Part shown: piece after piece, positions 47,014-58,600 of the stretch
Position numbering within the stretch: the stretch's first letter is position 1
Layout of the letters: each line of letters opens with the position of its first letter
Origin: Candidatus Magasanikiibacteriota bacterium
GTDB taxonomy: Bacteria > Patescibacteriota > Patescibacteriia > Magasanikbacterales > UBA922
Direction of reading: 5' to 3'
DNA: 64,000 bases
NCBI GenBank assembly: GCA_018652595.1
Contig: JABIBU010000013.1
Coordinates: forward strand, 93,043-157,042
Made by a program: the position numbers and the translations under genes
The notes under the pieces: generated by a model
What the model was told of the DNA's origin: nothing
Databases searched by the model: none
The model's input: the letters and a program-made list of their open reading frames with translations, nothing else

Positions 47014-47652
47014 TTAGACTACGTTATAAATAAAATTCTCTGACCTAATATCTTTTGACCAATCCTGCAAAGATAGCCCATGCTTATCTCTATTGCCCAT
47101 TAAATAATCTTTACTTATAAATTCATCGAACTCTTTCTTTAGGTCTTTATCACATAGTGCCCAATCAATTCCTTTTGACAATGGGGAAATGCCTGCCTCA
47201 CCCTCTGGGTTATAATCTCCAGAAAAAAAGTATTCTATTGTACTATCCTCCAAAAAAAAGCTACCGTGTGCAATACCAGGTGGCAACCAAAGCCACTCAC
47301 CATAGTCCGAGCTACCATCAAATGGCATATCATATAGAATGATCTTCCCCTCTGTAGGAGAACCTTTTCTTATGTCTAGCATTATATCTACCATATGACC
47401 GGACACAGTTCTAATCAATTTTCCAAGAGCTGGCTCCCACTGAAAATGAAGCCCCTTAAGCACGCCTGCTTTTGAAAAATTCTCATTAAACTGAACAAAA
47501 TCAACATCTTTTAAAAACCCTAATTCTTTATTTTTTTTAATATCACTTTTTCTTAATATTTCAGAAAAATAACCCCGCTCATCCGCAAATCTTCCAAATC
47601 GGATCACTTGTACACCCGGTAATTCTAATTGTTTTACCTCAATTAATTTCAT
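47014..47652 (-). CDS. rmlC: dTDP-4-dehydrorhamnose 3,5-epimerase-like cupin (RmlC family)
   Basis: FADERGYFSE, KGLHFQ and KLIRTVSGHMVDIMLDIRKGSPTEGK parallel the RmlC blocks. Confidence 0.7.
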   Translation of the reverse strand: MKLIEVKQLELPGVQVIRFGRFADERGYFSEILRKSDIKKNKELGFLKDVDFVQFNENFSKAGVLKGLHFQWEPALGKLIRTVSGHMVDIMLDIRKGSPTEGKIILYDMPFDGSSDYGEWLWLPPGIAHGSFFLEDSTIEYFFSGDYNPEGEAGISPLSKGIDWALCDKDLKKEFDEFISKDYLMGNRDKHGLSLQDWSKDIRSENFIYNVV

Positions 47653-47656
47653 ATGC

Positions 47657-48547
47657 TTATTTGAGCACTCTTTTTATACCCCTGTACAGTTTGCCCGCAG
47701 ACTTTCTTGAATAACTATATGCAACATTGAATGGTAGCAAAAGTGTAAGGAAAAACGAAGGCTTTTCTTTTGTGTTATACGGAGGCTTGTAGATCAAATC
47801 AGAACTATCTAAATTTGATAGTTCATAAAACATTGGTGTCTCCATCCCCTCTTTGACAACCAGGCTTTTTCCATCTTGGCTTTTTGAATATTTTTTATCA
47901 AAAAACTCATTATTAACTGCGGAATATTTTCCAACACCTCCATCTGTTTTTTCTGATATATTTGCCCATCCAGCATTTTCTTGGGGTGCAACATAGTTAA
48001 CTATCCCATGACAGACAAATTCGGGAACATCTTTTCCTTTTGCCAAAATACGATTTATATAATCGCCATCTTCCTGCCCAGTACCCAACAGTCTCTCCTC
48101 AAACCAGCCAACCTCTTTCATAAAACTCTTTGAAATTAAGAAGTGGCTCCAACTCTTATTAATTATAAAAAATGAACTATTGTTTTCTAAAACTTTTTCA
48201 AATTGTTTTCTAAATAATAAATTCAAGCTAACATCATCATTGATAATCAAGGATCTTTTTGCAAAAGACATCATTGCGATCCAATTAAAGCATTTTGCGA
48301 GAGACTGATGCTTCTCATTTGTAATATAATGAACATTGGGAAATTTGTTCAAAAAAGCTGTAACCTGCTTTAGATAATTGATCTGCAACGCCTCGTCATG
48401 ATGGCCATTGATAATACAGATGATTTCTTTGTCAGGAAAAACCTCAACCAACTGATTAATTAGAGGTATAAAAAATTCTTCAAATCTCGCTACATAGGTA
48501 ACAACCCCAATAGAATATTCAAGATTTATCTTTTTTTTATTACTCAT
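47657..48547 (-). CDS. Hypothetical protein, possible divergent glycosyltransferase
   Basis: No recognised motif except a DxD-like LGTGQEDGDY. Its placement inside a glycan operon suggests a glycosyltransferase. Confidence 0.3.
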   Translation of the reverse strand: MSNKKKINLEYSIGVVTYVARFEEFFIPLINQLVEVFPDKEIICIINGHHDEALQINYLKQVTAFLNKFPNVHYITNEKHQSLAKCFNWIAMMSFAKRSLIINDDVSLNLLFRKQFEKVLENNSSFFIINKSWSHFLISKSFMKEVGWFEERLLGTGQEDGDYINRILAKGKDVPEFVCHGIVNYVAPQENAGWANISEKTDGGVGKYSAVNNEFFDKKYSKSQDGKSLVVKEGMETPMFYELSNLDSSDLIYKPPYNTKEKPSFFLTLLLPFNVAYSYSRKSAGKLYRGIKRVLK

Positions 48548-50082
48548 ACTCTAAATTTAATTGCCTTATTAAAAAAAGTTTTGAACAGTTCCAATTCATC
48601 TCTTTCAAAAAATCCAAAAAGTCTAAATAGACCAAAGAATGCGACAATACTAACCCCACCCAAAATAATAACGGAAAATAAATTAGTTATATAAGGAGTC
48701 AAAATTAGTGAGGATAGTAGATATATTATTATAGCAACAAAGACTATTTTAGAAATATTAGTTGTATAAAAATGAATAATCTTTTTTGTCGAAAAACCGA
48801 GCATTTTTCTTTCTACATAGAATAAAATAAATGGGATCGGCAACACGCCGATAAGATATGCAATTGAAGCGCCCACCGCCTTATACGATGGAACCAGCAA
48901 AAACATAGAGACGATATTTAATATCGCCATTGACATGGTACTAATAGCTATAAATTTTAATCTTCTTGTCCCACTTAGATAAAAATGCATAAAAACATTT
49001 ATTGAAAATAAAAAATATGTGACAGTGAGGATATACATTGGGATTGTAGCATTGTCTGCAAACTCTTGTCCCAACCAATACTTTAGCAACCAATAGCCGT
49101 ATACGAAGACTAGTGTGGCCAAAGAAGCAGAGATCAGTAATATAATCTTTATATACCTATGAAAAATATTTTTAATCTTTTCACTGTCCTGCAAAAAGCT
49201 AATATTGGAAAAAACTGGGAATAATGATGTAGACAAACTAAAGCTTGTTGCCTGGATCTTTTCTGGGATCATCTGTGCCGAAGCATAGTATGATACATAC
49301 ACTGGGCCCCAAAAAGCACTCATTACAAATTTATCAAACTGTGTAAGAATATTATTCATTATATTACTTACAGAAACCCAGAAACCATCTTTCATCAAAC
49401 CTTTGAAAATACTTGGTGAAAAAAATAAGACAAACTTTAGATCTGGCAATAATTTCTTCCATATATATACATAGGCCACGAACAAAAACATGGATGATAA
49501 TGCCTGTAGAATAACTAGAGACATTATACCGTACCCAGTGTAAACAGCTACGATACTAGATATTTGTAAAAAAGTTATACTTATCAGGTGCGCCTTGGTC
49601 ATAATTCCAACCCTCTGTAGAGCATAAGGAATTTGAATTAACGGACTAACTATCATCTTAAAAAAGAATGCAAACCCCAAAAACATGAAAGTTACTTTAT
49701 ACGAGTAAACAAAACCATCTGGAATCTTGAGAACCCCCCTAAAGAAATCTGGCAACAACAGTAGTAAAAAAAATACCAAACACCCAATAAATAAATATAA
49801 AATAAATGTAGAACTAAACACCTTGGACAGCTCCTCATTATTTCTTGAGTCTGGATTTTCAGAAAGTTTTTTTACAAAAGTATAATTAAAACCAAAATCC
49901 AATAAAGAAAATAAGGCTAGACTGGCATTTAAGAGGACATAAAATCCATATTTTGAAGGACCCAACCGACTTATCAAAATCGGCATAACAACAAAAGCCA
50001 AAGCCATTGGCCAGATAAAACCAATGAAGCTATAGGCAGAATTTTTTATTGTTCTATTTGCCAATTCACTCATAATTACCAA
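48544..50082 (-). CDS. wzx: Wzx-type oligosaccharide flippase (MOP superfamily polysaccharide biosynthesis protein)
   Basis: 512 aa, about 14 TM, with an N-terminal region typical of Wzx/RfbX. Confidence 0.7.
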   Translation of the reverse strand: MVIMSELANRTIKNSAYSFIGFIWPMALAFVVMPILISRLGPSKYGFYVLLNASLALFSLLDFGFNYTFVKKLSENPDSRNNEELSKVFSSTFILYLFIGCLVFFLLLLLPDFFRGVLKIPDGFVYSYKVTFMFLGFAFFFKMIVSPLIQIPYALQRVGIMTKAHLISITFLQISSIVAVYTGYGIMSLVILQALSSMFLFVAYVYIWKKLLPDLKFVLFFSPSIFKGLMKDGFWVSVSNIMNNILTQFDKFVMSAFWGPVYVSYYASAQMIPEKIQATSFSLSTSLFPVFSNISFLQDSEKIKNIFHRYIKIILLISASLATLVFVYGYWLLKYWLGQEFADNATIPMYILTVTYFLFSINVFMHFYLSGTRRLKFIAISTMSMAILNIVSMFLLVPSYKAVGASIAYLIGVLPIPFILFYVERKMLGFSTKKIIHFYTTNISKIVFVAIIIYLLSSLILTPYITNLFSVIILGGVSIVAFFGLFRLFGFFERDELELFKTFFNKAIKFRV

Positions 50083-50321
50083 TCTTTAGTTTTATCTATA
50101 GTTTTAATTTTTACTTTTTGATATAAATTTGTTGCCTTTTTATCAACCTCTGGAGAGACTATACGCAACAATTCATGCCCTAAAATCCTATATTGTTTGC
50201 CAACTTTATTGGCTCTAAGAAGCCCCTTCTTTAGAAGACGTTTCATGGTGCTATTACTGACTTTTAGCAATTTTTCAGCTTCGGCAGTTGTATACACCTC
50301 ATTTGGGTTGATTTCTCCCAT
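50076..50321 (-). CDS. Small HTH DNA-binding protein (excisionase/MerR-like HTH_17 family), first gene of the wzx operon
   Basis: 81 aa. YTTAEAEKLLKVSNSTMKRLLKKGLL is a helix-turn-helix. Confidence 0.6.
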   Translation of the reverse strand: MGEINPNEVYTTAEAEKLLKVSNSTMKRLLKKGLLRANKVGKQYRILGHELLRIVSPEVDKKATNLYQKVKIKTIDKTKDW

Positions 50322-50349
50322 ATTTTAGCAGAAAATGAATAATAATACA

Positions 50350-50379
50350 AGTATAGCATGTGGTGTCATTGGGTGTCAA
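50350..50379 (-). promoter_or_regulatory. Sigma70 promoter TTGACA-N18-TATACT (minus strand) for the HTH_17-wzx operon. Its -35 is embedded in a triple direct repeat.
   Basis: Minus-strand TTGACA = plus 50374-50379 and TATACT = plus 50350-50355, with an 18-nt spacer. Located about 30 nt upstream of the HTH ATG. Confidence 0.5.
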
Positions 50380-50388
50380 ACGGTGTCA
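50362..50388. repeat. Three tandem 10-bp-phased direct repeats GGTGTCA (minus: TGACACC) overlapping the -35
   Basis: tGGTGTCAttgGGTGTCAaacGGTGTCAtcc. Confidence 0.7.
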
Positions 50389-50450
50389 TCCTAAGTTATC
50401 CACAAAATATCACTTTTGTCAAGCTTTTTCACCTTTTTACGCATAAAATC

Positions 50451-50477
50451 AAAAAATCACCTAATTGGTGATTTTTA
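50451..50477. terminator. Rho-independent terminator downstream of fcl
   Basis: AAAATCACCtaattGGTGATTTTt. Confidence 0.55.
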
Positions 50478-50493
50478 TATAAATAATGTTGTT

Positions 50494-51444
50494 TTATTGA
50501 TTTTTGAACCACTCATAACTCAATTTTACCCCCTCTTCCAGGTCAATCTTGTGTTTCCAGCCCAAATCATGCATTTTACCCATATCCAAGAGCTTGCGGG
50601 GAGTTCCATCTGGCTTGGAAGTATCCCAGACAATCTCACCCTCAAACCCAACTACTTTTTTGACTATTTCTGTCAATTCCTTGATGCTCACATCCTCCCC
50701 CACACCCAAATTCATGAAAATCTCTCCTTTTTCATTCTGGGCCTCATTTGGATCAAAATTATTCATAATAAATACAGATCCACCAGCCATATCATCCACA
50801 TAGAGAAATTCGCGTTTTGGACTGCCTGTACCCCAAGCTATGACTTCCTTATCCCCTTTTTCTTTGGCCTCATGGAACTTTCGGACTAATGCTGGCAATA
50901 CATGAGAGGTTTCTAAATCAAAATTGTCCCCCGGACCATAAAGGTTTGTTGGCATTACTGCAATAAAATTTGTTCCGTACTGTCGATTGTAGCTCTGGCA
51001 CATCTTAATACCAGCAATTTTGGCCAAAGCATACGGTTCGTTTGTCGGCTCGAGCAATCCAGTGAGCAGATACTCTTCTTTCATTGGCTGTGGGCACATC
51101 TTGGGATATATACAAGAAGAACCCAAAAATAATAGCTTCTTGATGCCGTTCAAATATGCTTGATGGATAATATTATTTTGAATCTGCAAATTTTCATAAA
51201 TAAATTGTGCCGGATAGGTATTATTAGCCATTATTCCACCAACCTTGGCAGCTGCCAAAAACACATACTCGGGTTTTTCTGCAATGAAAAAATCAGTAAC
51301 AGCCTTTTGATCTAATAAATCCAACTCTGTGTGAGTTTTTACAACTAGATTAGTGTATCCATCTGATTCTAATTTGCGAACAACAGCAGAACCAACCAAA
51401 CCTCGATGGCCTGCAATATATATTTTTGCATTTTTATCCATCAT
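50494..51444 (-). CDS. fcl: GDP-L-fucose synthase (GDP-4-keto-6-deoxymannose 3,5-epimerase/4-reductase)
   Basis: [38 protein letters not shown] and [12 protein letters not shown] are near-identical in pattern to E. coli Fcl. Confidence 0.9.
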   Translation of the reverse strand: MMDKNAKIYIAGHRGLVGSAVVRKLESDGYTNLVVKTHTELDLLDQKAVTDFFIAEKPEYVFLAAAKVGGIMANNTYPAQFIYENLQIQNNIIHQAYLNGIKKLLFLGSSCIYPKMCPQPMKEEYLLTGLLEPTNEPYALAKIAGIKMCQSYNRQYGTNFIAVMPTNLYGPGDNFDLETSHVLPALVRKFHEAKEKGDKEVIAWGTGSPKREFLYVDDMAGGSVFIMNNFDPNEAQNEKGEIFMNLGVGEDVSIKELTEIVKKVVGFEGEIVWDTSKPDGTPRKLLDMGKMHDLGWKHKIDLEEGVKLSYEWFKNQ

Positions 51445-51448
51445 AATT

Positions 51449-52339
51449 TTAACTATTAACTGTCTTTTTGAGATATTCCTCTGAATCTTGGTCTAATTTG
51501 GGATCTATTAGACTCTGCAAGTGATCACAAATTAATCTAGCGACCTCTTCTTGATATTGTGCATATGTCTTTACCTCGACCAAACCGTCATCTACACTCT
51601 CGCAATCACCCACTTCAACCACTTCTCCGGCATCATCAAAACCCAAACCCTCTTTATACAAAAAAGGATAGCGCTCTTTAAATTTACCAGCTTCCATCCT
51701 CTCACCTGTTGTTACAAATTTTGTATCTCCTTTTGTACCAGGTAGAGGTGAAGATGTCATATCATCTGCCAAATGAACTATCATATCTTCGATACTTCTA
51801 TCTGGATTCAAAACTAACTCTCCATCTTCATCTAAGCTAATGAAATCTTCTAGACTCCCATGACCTGTTTCTTTGCCAGATGCTTCTACATAGCTCAATA
51901 AATCTTCTGAAATCCCCTGATCTTTCAATAAACTCTGCATGGTCTCGTAAGCCTCTTTATCATAAACACCCTCAGATTGATGCGAGCCTCTAGCTTTTTT
52001 TCTAAAAATTTCAAAGCGCTTATTAGCATCGTGTATTAAAGATCTTTCTGTAATATTTCTATACATTTCATCATCAATGGCCCCTGAACTCAATAATTTC
52101 TCAGCTATTTTATTTGCACAAATTCCGACGGATATACAATGTTCCCCCACATTACGAAAATCTTCAGCGTCTGGTTCATTATCTTTGTATGGATTGGGAA
52201 CTGCTTCAGTTTTATCTGGATGCACTCCGCCAACCTCCAAAACCTTGAAAGCCTGTGGAAATTCTTTTGTAAATTCTACTTTTGCCTCTGCATATCTCTG
52301 TTCCCAAGGTTTAAATTTTCCTGTGTCATGTGTGCTCAT
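51449..52339 (-). CDS. Hypothetical HD-domain-like protein, atypically GC-rich, inserted between fcl and gmd
   Basis: Candidate HD motifs [15 protein letters not shown] and VHLADDM. GC content is clearly above the surroundings, with spurious overlapping plus-strand ORFs. Confidence 0.4.
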   Translation of the reverse strand: MSTHDTGKFKPWEQRYAEAKVEFTKEFPQAFKVLEVGGVHPDKTEAVPNPYKDNEPDAEDFRNVGEHCISVGICANKIAEKLLSSGAIDDEMYRNITERSLIHDANKRFEIFRKKARGSHQSEGVYDKEAYETMQSLLKDQGISEDLLSYVEASGKETGHGSLEDFISLDEDGELVLNPDRSIEDMIVHLADDMTSSPLPGTKGDTKFVTTGERMEAGKFKERYPFLYKEGLGFDDAGEVVEVGDCESVDDGLVEVKTYAQYQEEVARLICDHLQSLIDPKLDQDSEEYLKKTVNS

Positions 52340-52367
52340 ATTATAAAATACTATATTTTATTAATTT

Positions 52368-53420
52368 TTATACTAAATAATCCTTTGATACGAGACCCAT
52401 CTCTTCAAACTCAGCCTCTACCATTAATTTTACAAGCTCTTCAAATTTTACTTTCGGCTCCCAACCCAAAGTGTTTTTTGCCTTAGTAGCATCGCCAAGC
52501 AGTTTCTCAACTTCTGCTGGACGAAAATACTTCTCATCAATTTCGATCAGAACCTTCCCAGTCTTTAGATCTACACCTTTTTCATCTACACCACTCCCCT
52601 TCCATTCTATCTCATATCCAAGAAGTCGTGCACTGTGTTCTACAAACTCACGAACAGTATGTGTCTCACCAGTAGCCACAACATAGTCATCTGGCTTTTC
52701 TTGCTGGAGCATTAGCCACATGGCCTCTACATAATCTTTTGCATAGCCCCAATCACGCTTGGCATCTAGATTTCCCAAATATAATTTATCTTGCTTTCCT
52801 AGTTTAATCTTGGCAAATGCATTGGTAATTTTTTTTGTTACAAAGGTACCACCACGACGAGGAGATTCATGATTGAATAATAATCCATTGCAAATAAACA
52901 TGTCATAACTCTCGCGATAGTTTATACAGATATTATGCGCAAAAACTTTGGCGCAAGCATACGGACTACGCGGATAAAATGGTGTAGTCTCTTTTTGTGG
53001 AGTCTCAAAGACCTTACCAAACATCTCAGAAGATCCTGCCTGATAAAATTTTACATCAACACCTTTATCTTTTATTGCATCTATTAGCCTAAGAGTACCA
53101 AGGCCATCAGCATTACAAGTATACTCAGGTATTTCAAAACTTACTTTCACATGGCTCTGGGCACCAAGATTATAAATCTCATCTGGTTTTATTTTATCCA
53201 AAACACGACTGATATTACTAGAATCTGTAAGATCTCCGTAATGCAAAAACATTTTTACATTTTTTTCATGTGGATCTCTATATATATGATCAATTCTATC
53301 AGTATTAAAGCTACTAGAGCGACGAATAATACCGTGAACCTCATACCCCTTTTTTAATAAAAATTCTGCCAAATAAGAACCATCTTGACCAGTAATACCC
53401 GTAATTAGTGCTTTCTTCAT
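52368..53420 (-). CDS. gmd: GDP-mannose 4,6-dehydratase
   Basis: [22 protein letters not shown], YxxxK, and conserved GMD blocks over 350 aa. Confidence 0.9.
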   Translation of the reverse strand: MKKALITGITGQDGSYLAEFLLKKGYEVHGIIRRSSSFNTDRIDHIYRDPHEKNVKMFLHYGDLTDSSNISRVLDKIKPDEIYNLGAQSHVKVSFEIPEYTCNADGLGTLRLIDAIKDKGVDVKFYQAGSSEMFGKVFETPQKETTPFYPRSPYACAKVFAHNICINYRESYDMFICNGLLFNHESPRRGGTFVTKKITNAFAKIKLGKQDKLYLGNLDAKRDWGYAKDYVEAMWLMLQQEKPDDYVVATGETHTVREFVEHSARLLGYEIEWKGSGVDEKGVDLKTGKVLIEIDEKYFRPAEVEKLLGDATKAKNTLGWEPKVKFEELVKLMVEAEFEEMGLVSKDYLV

Positions 53421-53436
53421 AAAAACATATTAAATA

Positions 53437-55461
53437 TTATTCACTCTGCAAAATAGAATCCACTACACCACTGCCCTTTGCATCAAAAACAATACCATCG
53501 TCCATTGCCTCTTGTAAAATTTCTTTTGCCTTTTCAACGTCTCCCATCTGCTTATAAAGCAAAGCCATTCTCCACCAACCCTCACCAATTCGCGGGTCAT
53601 TGTCAATACTGTCTTGTAATATTTTAACAGCCTCATCATTTTTATTTAGTTGGGACTTTAGTGATGCCAATGTATATTGAAGCTGTTGGCGTTTTGGTGA
53701 AAGAACCAAAGCATCTTCCAAATACTGCTCTGCCTCAAACAAAAGATCTGGGCTCTGCTCTAGTTGGGCTCCTAGCGTGTTGATAAATGCTAATTCAATA
53801 TTAATTCTAATATCCATTGGATGTAATTCTAAGTTTTTTTGCAACTCAGAATGCATCAACTCAAACAATCTAAAAGCCTCTAACCCCTTATTATTTTGGG
53901 ATAGTTTGGGAATTATATTGCCTGATATACGAGCAACATCTTTTCTAATGTCATCTATGTGTGGTGAGGGTGTGCTAGTAGCATGATTATATACTTCTGA
54001 TATATCTTGCCCTGTGTTTAGTACCCTTATGACATTGAGGGCTGCTATGTTTGCTCTAGCTGGGTTTATATTTGTAGAAAACACCATCAACAAAACTACC
54101 AGGCTCACAATAGTAGTCAGACCAACAGAAATATTTTTAGATGTCTTTTTCTCTGCACGTACATCCAAATTATTTGTATGTCTCGATATTAGTGCCAAAA
54201 AGAAAAAGAAATACAAATACGAAGTTGGGTTATCAAAAACAGTAACCAGACTTACCAGGTGTGCGATTAAAAACGCAGAGCCAACAGCAACAATATGTGG
54301 ATCTAAATTATCTTTTTTACGACTTCTCCATAGCATAATAAAAGCTACGACGAAAACCCCAAGATAAGTCACAATACCAACTCCACCCTGCACAGCTAGT
54401 GTATTCATTACTACACTATGAGCGTTATCAAACCAAGTTTCACCCCATCCGTGTTCCAAAAATTCTGCCCTATAGTACTTATTAAAGGCGTAATAATAAT
54501 TATTGGGCCCCCAACCAAATACTGGTCTTTCTTTCCAAGCATCCACAGCAATACCCCAAGCCATAATACGAGTGTTGGCTGTACCACCAGAGATCTGTGT
54601 ATTTACCAAACGACCAACTGCTGGAATATTTTTTACAAAATCAGTCTGTCTAAAATTGAATAGCAGGGCTAAAACAATAACACCTAGAATTATCAAAATA
54701 CCCAATCCTTGTCTAATTTTTTTGTGCTCTCTAAGGCTAATAATATATGAAACTGCCAAAACACCCAATCCTGCAACTAGCCCCAAAAAAGCACCACGAG
54801 TACCACCACCAAAAATACCCCAAAAACCAAGCAAGCCACCTACCACAGCATACCAAAACCATAGATTGGTCTTTTTTATTTTTTCTTTTATGGCCAATAA
54901 ATAACCAACAAACAACAAGAATAAACCATAACCACTAAAATATATTGCATTGCCCAATGTAGAAGATACACGAGATACCTTGCCCTGATTCACAACCAAA
55001 TCATGATTGACATATGTCTGCAAAAAACCTATAAACATCACGATTCCACCAGCAAACAAAAAGGCCCGAAGTAGCCATTTCCAGTCTTCCCACTCTCGAA
55101 CTACAGATGTAGCAATAAAATAATAAACTACATAATGAAAAATAGTAAAAAGCCCCAACATCCTCTCATGATTATCCCAAAGACTGTGATACCAATCCAC
55201 ACCAGCAAAAGTAGAAATAGCAAAACTAATAAAAAATAGACCTACCACAGTATTTATAGGCGTTAGTCTAATCCTATACCTAGCCCAATTACTAGCCAAA
55301 AGCAAAATATACGCCCCAAGCATGAGCATTACAAAGCTCCTAAACCAGACAATCTTCGGTACTATAAAAGGAAAAATGTAACTATCTGGTATAACAATCA
55401 AAGGCACGAAAAAGGTTGCGCAGATCAATATTTTAATTATGTATTCTAATTTTTTTTGCAT
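53437..55461 (-). CDS. O-antigen ligase-family (Wzy_C) membrane protein with a C-terminal TPR domain. Candidate O-oligosaccharyltransferase.
   Basis: About 12 TM with a large periplasmic loop in the N-terminal ~430 aa. The C-terminal ~230 aa carry TPR-like repeats (ALLYKQMGDVEKAKEIL...). Confidence 0.65.
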   Translation of the reverse strand: MQKKLEYIIKILICATFFVPLIVIPDSYIFPFIVPKIVWFRSFVMLMLGAYILLLASNWARYRIRLTPINTVVGLFFISFAISTFAGVDWYHSLWDNHERMLGLFTIFHYVVYYFIATSVVREWEDWKWLLRAFLFAGGIVMFIGFLQTYVNHDLVVNQGKVSRVSSTLGNAIYFSGYGLFLLFVGYLLAIKEKIKKTNLWFWYAVVGGLLGFWGIFGGGTRGAFLGLVAGLGVLAVSYIISLREHKKIRQGLGILIILGVIVLALLFNFRQTDFVKNIPAVGRLVNTQISGGTANTRIMAWGIAVDAWKERPVFGWGPNNYYYAFNKYYRAEFLEHGWGETWFDNAHSVVMNTLAVQGGVGIVTYLGVFVVAFIMLWRSRKKDNLDPHIVAVGSAFLIAHLVSLVTVFDNPTSYLYFFFFLALISRHTNNLDVRAEKKTSKNISVGLTTIVSLVVLLMVFSTNINPARANIAALNVIRVLNTGQDISEVYNHATSTPSPHIDDIRKDVARISGNIIPKLSQNNKGLEAFRLFELMHSELQKNLELHPMDIRINIELAFINTLGAQLEQSPDLLFEAEQYLEDALVLSPKRQQLQYTLASLKSQLNKNDEAVKILQDSIDNDPRIGEGWWRMALLYKQMGDVEKAKEILQEAMDDGIVFDAKGSGVVDSILQSE

Positions 55462-55573
55462 ACTAAAAAGCCTAAAATGCCTTAAAAGCTGAAAAAGCTG
55501 AGAAGGCTTATAAAAATAATATACTAATTATAGCCTTTTTAAAAATTTTTGGCAATAGTACGCAAGACAAACC

Positions 55574-55606
55574 AAAACCCCCCCGACTAGGTCGGGAGGG
55601 TTTTGT
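55574..55606. terminator. Bidirectional rho-independent terminator downstream of the giant surface-protein gene
   Basis: aaaaCCCCCCGACtagGTCGGGAGGGtttt. Confidence 0.6.
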
Positions 55607-55654
55607 ATTCTGAGTATAAAATTTATACTAGAAAATTAGAACACTAAACAACTA

Positions 55655-58600
55655 TTAGTTGTTTGTTGGGGCTGATATCTTTGTACCGCCAATACTTGTA
55701 GTATCTAGTAATAGATAATCGAAGTTACTAGCTGTAGCATAAACAGTATCATAACCATCAAACCAATCAATATTGTTGTTTGCATCAGCAGCTCCACCCT
55801 TTAGATCATCCAATCCAACCTGAATCCAGTTGGTAATATTTGATGTTGGGCTTAAGCTGTTAATGTTAGCGTTTAGAGCAAAGTAAGCTGTTGTTCCGGC
55901 ATCGATGAAAGCGTCGTTTCCAAGAGTGGATGTAACGCTAGTCATTGTCCAGTCACCAGCAATATCTGCTGTAGTTGCGCCAGTACTACTTCCTGTTACA
56001 GTCAAATTAACTGCACCATTTGCACCACCAATTCTCTCGATAGTAGCACCACTAATAGAAGTAGATGCAAACTTTGTCATATCGAACAAGAAATTGTCAA
56101 TACCTAATTTTAGAGCATTGCCATTGGCGTCAGTATTACTACCAGCTTCAACAGTAATGGCCACGATACCTACAGTAGTACTACCAGTACCTGCAATAGT
56201 TGAGGCAACTGTCTTACCACCATAAGAACTAACTAATTCTACATTGCTGATCTTTGTACCAGATATATAGAAAATAGTTGTACTTGCTGTACCGGTAAGA
56301 TCGGCTTCTTCACCAAAAGTACCATTGACATCAAGATCGAATACTATATCACCTGCGGCAATAGCGGCAGCAGAGCTAGAATAATAAGCTAACTCATCAC
56401 CAGATTCTACACCTTGAGCAGTCAAATGACCACTAGAAGTAACAATTCCAAACTGTACTAGGTCTTGTGAGTCTGCAGTAGCAGCACCAGCATTACCCAT
56501 TTCGTTTGTGGCCACATAGATATACCAATCATGTGTACCCATTGTCACTGTTTCATTGATATTATCAAAGAAAGCAAGCTGACTATTAACAGTAGTACAA
56601 CCAATTAGGTTTTCAGCAACAGCAGACATAGCAGAATACAGACATACTGATTCTACTGAGTCTTCGTCACCTGCGCTACTATTTGTCAACTTAAGATCTT
56701 TTACCATGATATCCTCAAAATCAGCTCTCATACGCAATTTACCAACCCAAGCATCTGAACCTGCCATCAACACTCTATCTTTGTCGAAGCTAGTATCAGC
56801 ATTACGCATTTGAACATATAGAATACCCTTTGAATTCAATGTTAGAATACGAGTAGTATCCAACTCATTACCAGCACTATCAAGAGCTGTGCCAGCTGAA
56901 TTGACAACACTAGCATCGTCATTATCTACATCTTTTGCTGTCAAACCGTCCATACGGATATGAACTATATTGGCAGTAGTACTTACAGTACTAGCGACGC
57001 TACCTTTCACAACAAAGGTGGCTTTGTCACCAGATGCGACAGTAAAGTCTAGGGTGTCAAAATCCAAATCATCAGCAGTCATTCCTGAGTTAGTGATGTT
57101 TTGTTGTAATTCATATTCACCAGCATCGCTAACCAAGTAAAAGCCCATATCAGACCAATTTGTAATAGCAAATAAATTGGTAGTAGTAGCTTCGAATTGT
57201 GCGCGTTCTATTCTAACATCACCAGCAGTAGCATCCATTGTACCTTGGAATAAGATTACGCTACTATCATTTACTACTGCATTACCAGTATTCATTGGAG
57301 TAGCTTTTACAGTCAAAGTAGGTTTTCTTACAGTAATCAACTTACCAGTAACAGTACCTACAGAGAAATTGCTAACAGAGTCTCCTGCAGGAACAGTCTC
57401 AGCTGTAATATTTGCAGTATTGACGCTTAGCTTGTAGCTATCATCTTCACCAGCAGTAGTACTAGCTGGGATATCACCACGAACAAGCAAAGTGATTGAT
57501 TCGCCGGCTGAAAGATAAATTTCATCAGTATAAACCCAATCTTCAGTTACAGCGTCAGTATCTACTCCGCTAGCAGTAGTACCAGAATAAGCAGCGCCAG
57601 AAACAACGTCTACCAATTCTAGATCGTCTACAGCTATTACAAAAGTACCAGTATCGGCACCGTCTGTTTCGTCAACATCTACTTGAATAGATGTAATCTT
57701 GATATCTGTAGAACCAGAGCTAAGTGTAAGACGACCGAATTCTACATCAGTAGAATCATCAGCAGTTTCTAGAGCAACACTAGTTAGACCTACATTAAGC
57801 TCTGCACCAGCGATGGTAATAATATTACCTTCAGTGGCTGCATCATAGTTATCATCTGTAACAGTAAGTCTTGTGTTGTATGTATCACCAATTACATTCA
57901 AATCAGTTGTTGAGTCCAACACAAATTCAACTGTATTGGCAGCACCATTCACAATATCACCTTTTACAGTGAAAGTTTCATTCTTACTCTTAGAAATTGG
58001 AAATGCTTCATCCAAAACAAAAGTAATCTTGTCACTTACCATTGAAACAGGACCAGCCAATAAATCAGCGCCTTGATAAAGATAGATATTAGCTAAATTA
58101 TCATCAGCAGCGTTATTAGTCGCAGCCTTATTCTTCAATGTAATAGCGTTAAACATTGAATTTTCTACTGAATTTACAGCCAATTTGAACTTTGTCAAAG
58201 CGACATCAGTAGTACCAATATTCTTGCTTCCAGTAGTACCAACACCTGTAATAGTAACTCCACCAGTAGTTACAGAGACACCTGTCATCTGATTACCATA
58301 TAGAGGAGTACCACCTACATCACCGTCGTTTCCTAGACCCAAGTCTAGAATACCAATGGAGTTATAAGTTCCAGCTGTAAGTAAGTTAACAACGACAGTC
58401 AATTCCTTTGAAGTACCTGCTGTGATTGTCCAACCACCAGAGATATTATAAGTCATATAACCATCTGAGTGCCATGATGTTCTAGTACTACCAAGTTTTG
58501 TAGCACCATCATACAATGTAACAGATGTAAAGTCACCAGTAGCACCAAGACCGGTACGACCAATCTTTACAGAATTAACTACAGCATCATTGTCGTCACT

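Noticed and set aside
52077-52686. Plus-strand ORFs 52077..52346, 52139..52486 and 52471..52686
   Set aside because: They are antisense artefacts of the GC-rich HD-like gene and the gmd 3' end. They are Ser/Pro/Leu-rich with no start context.
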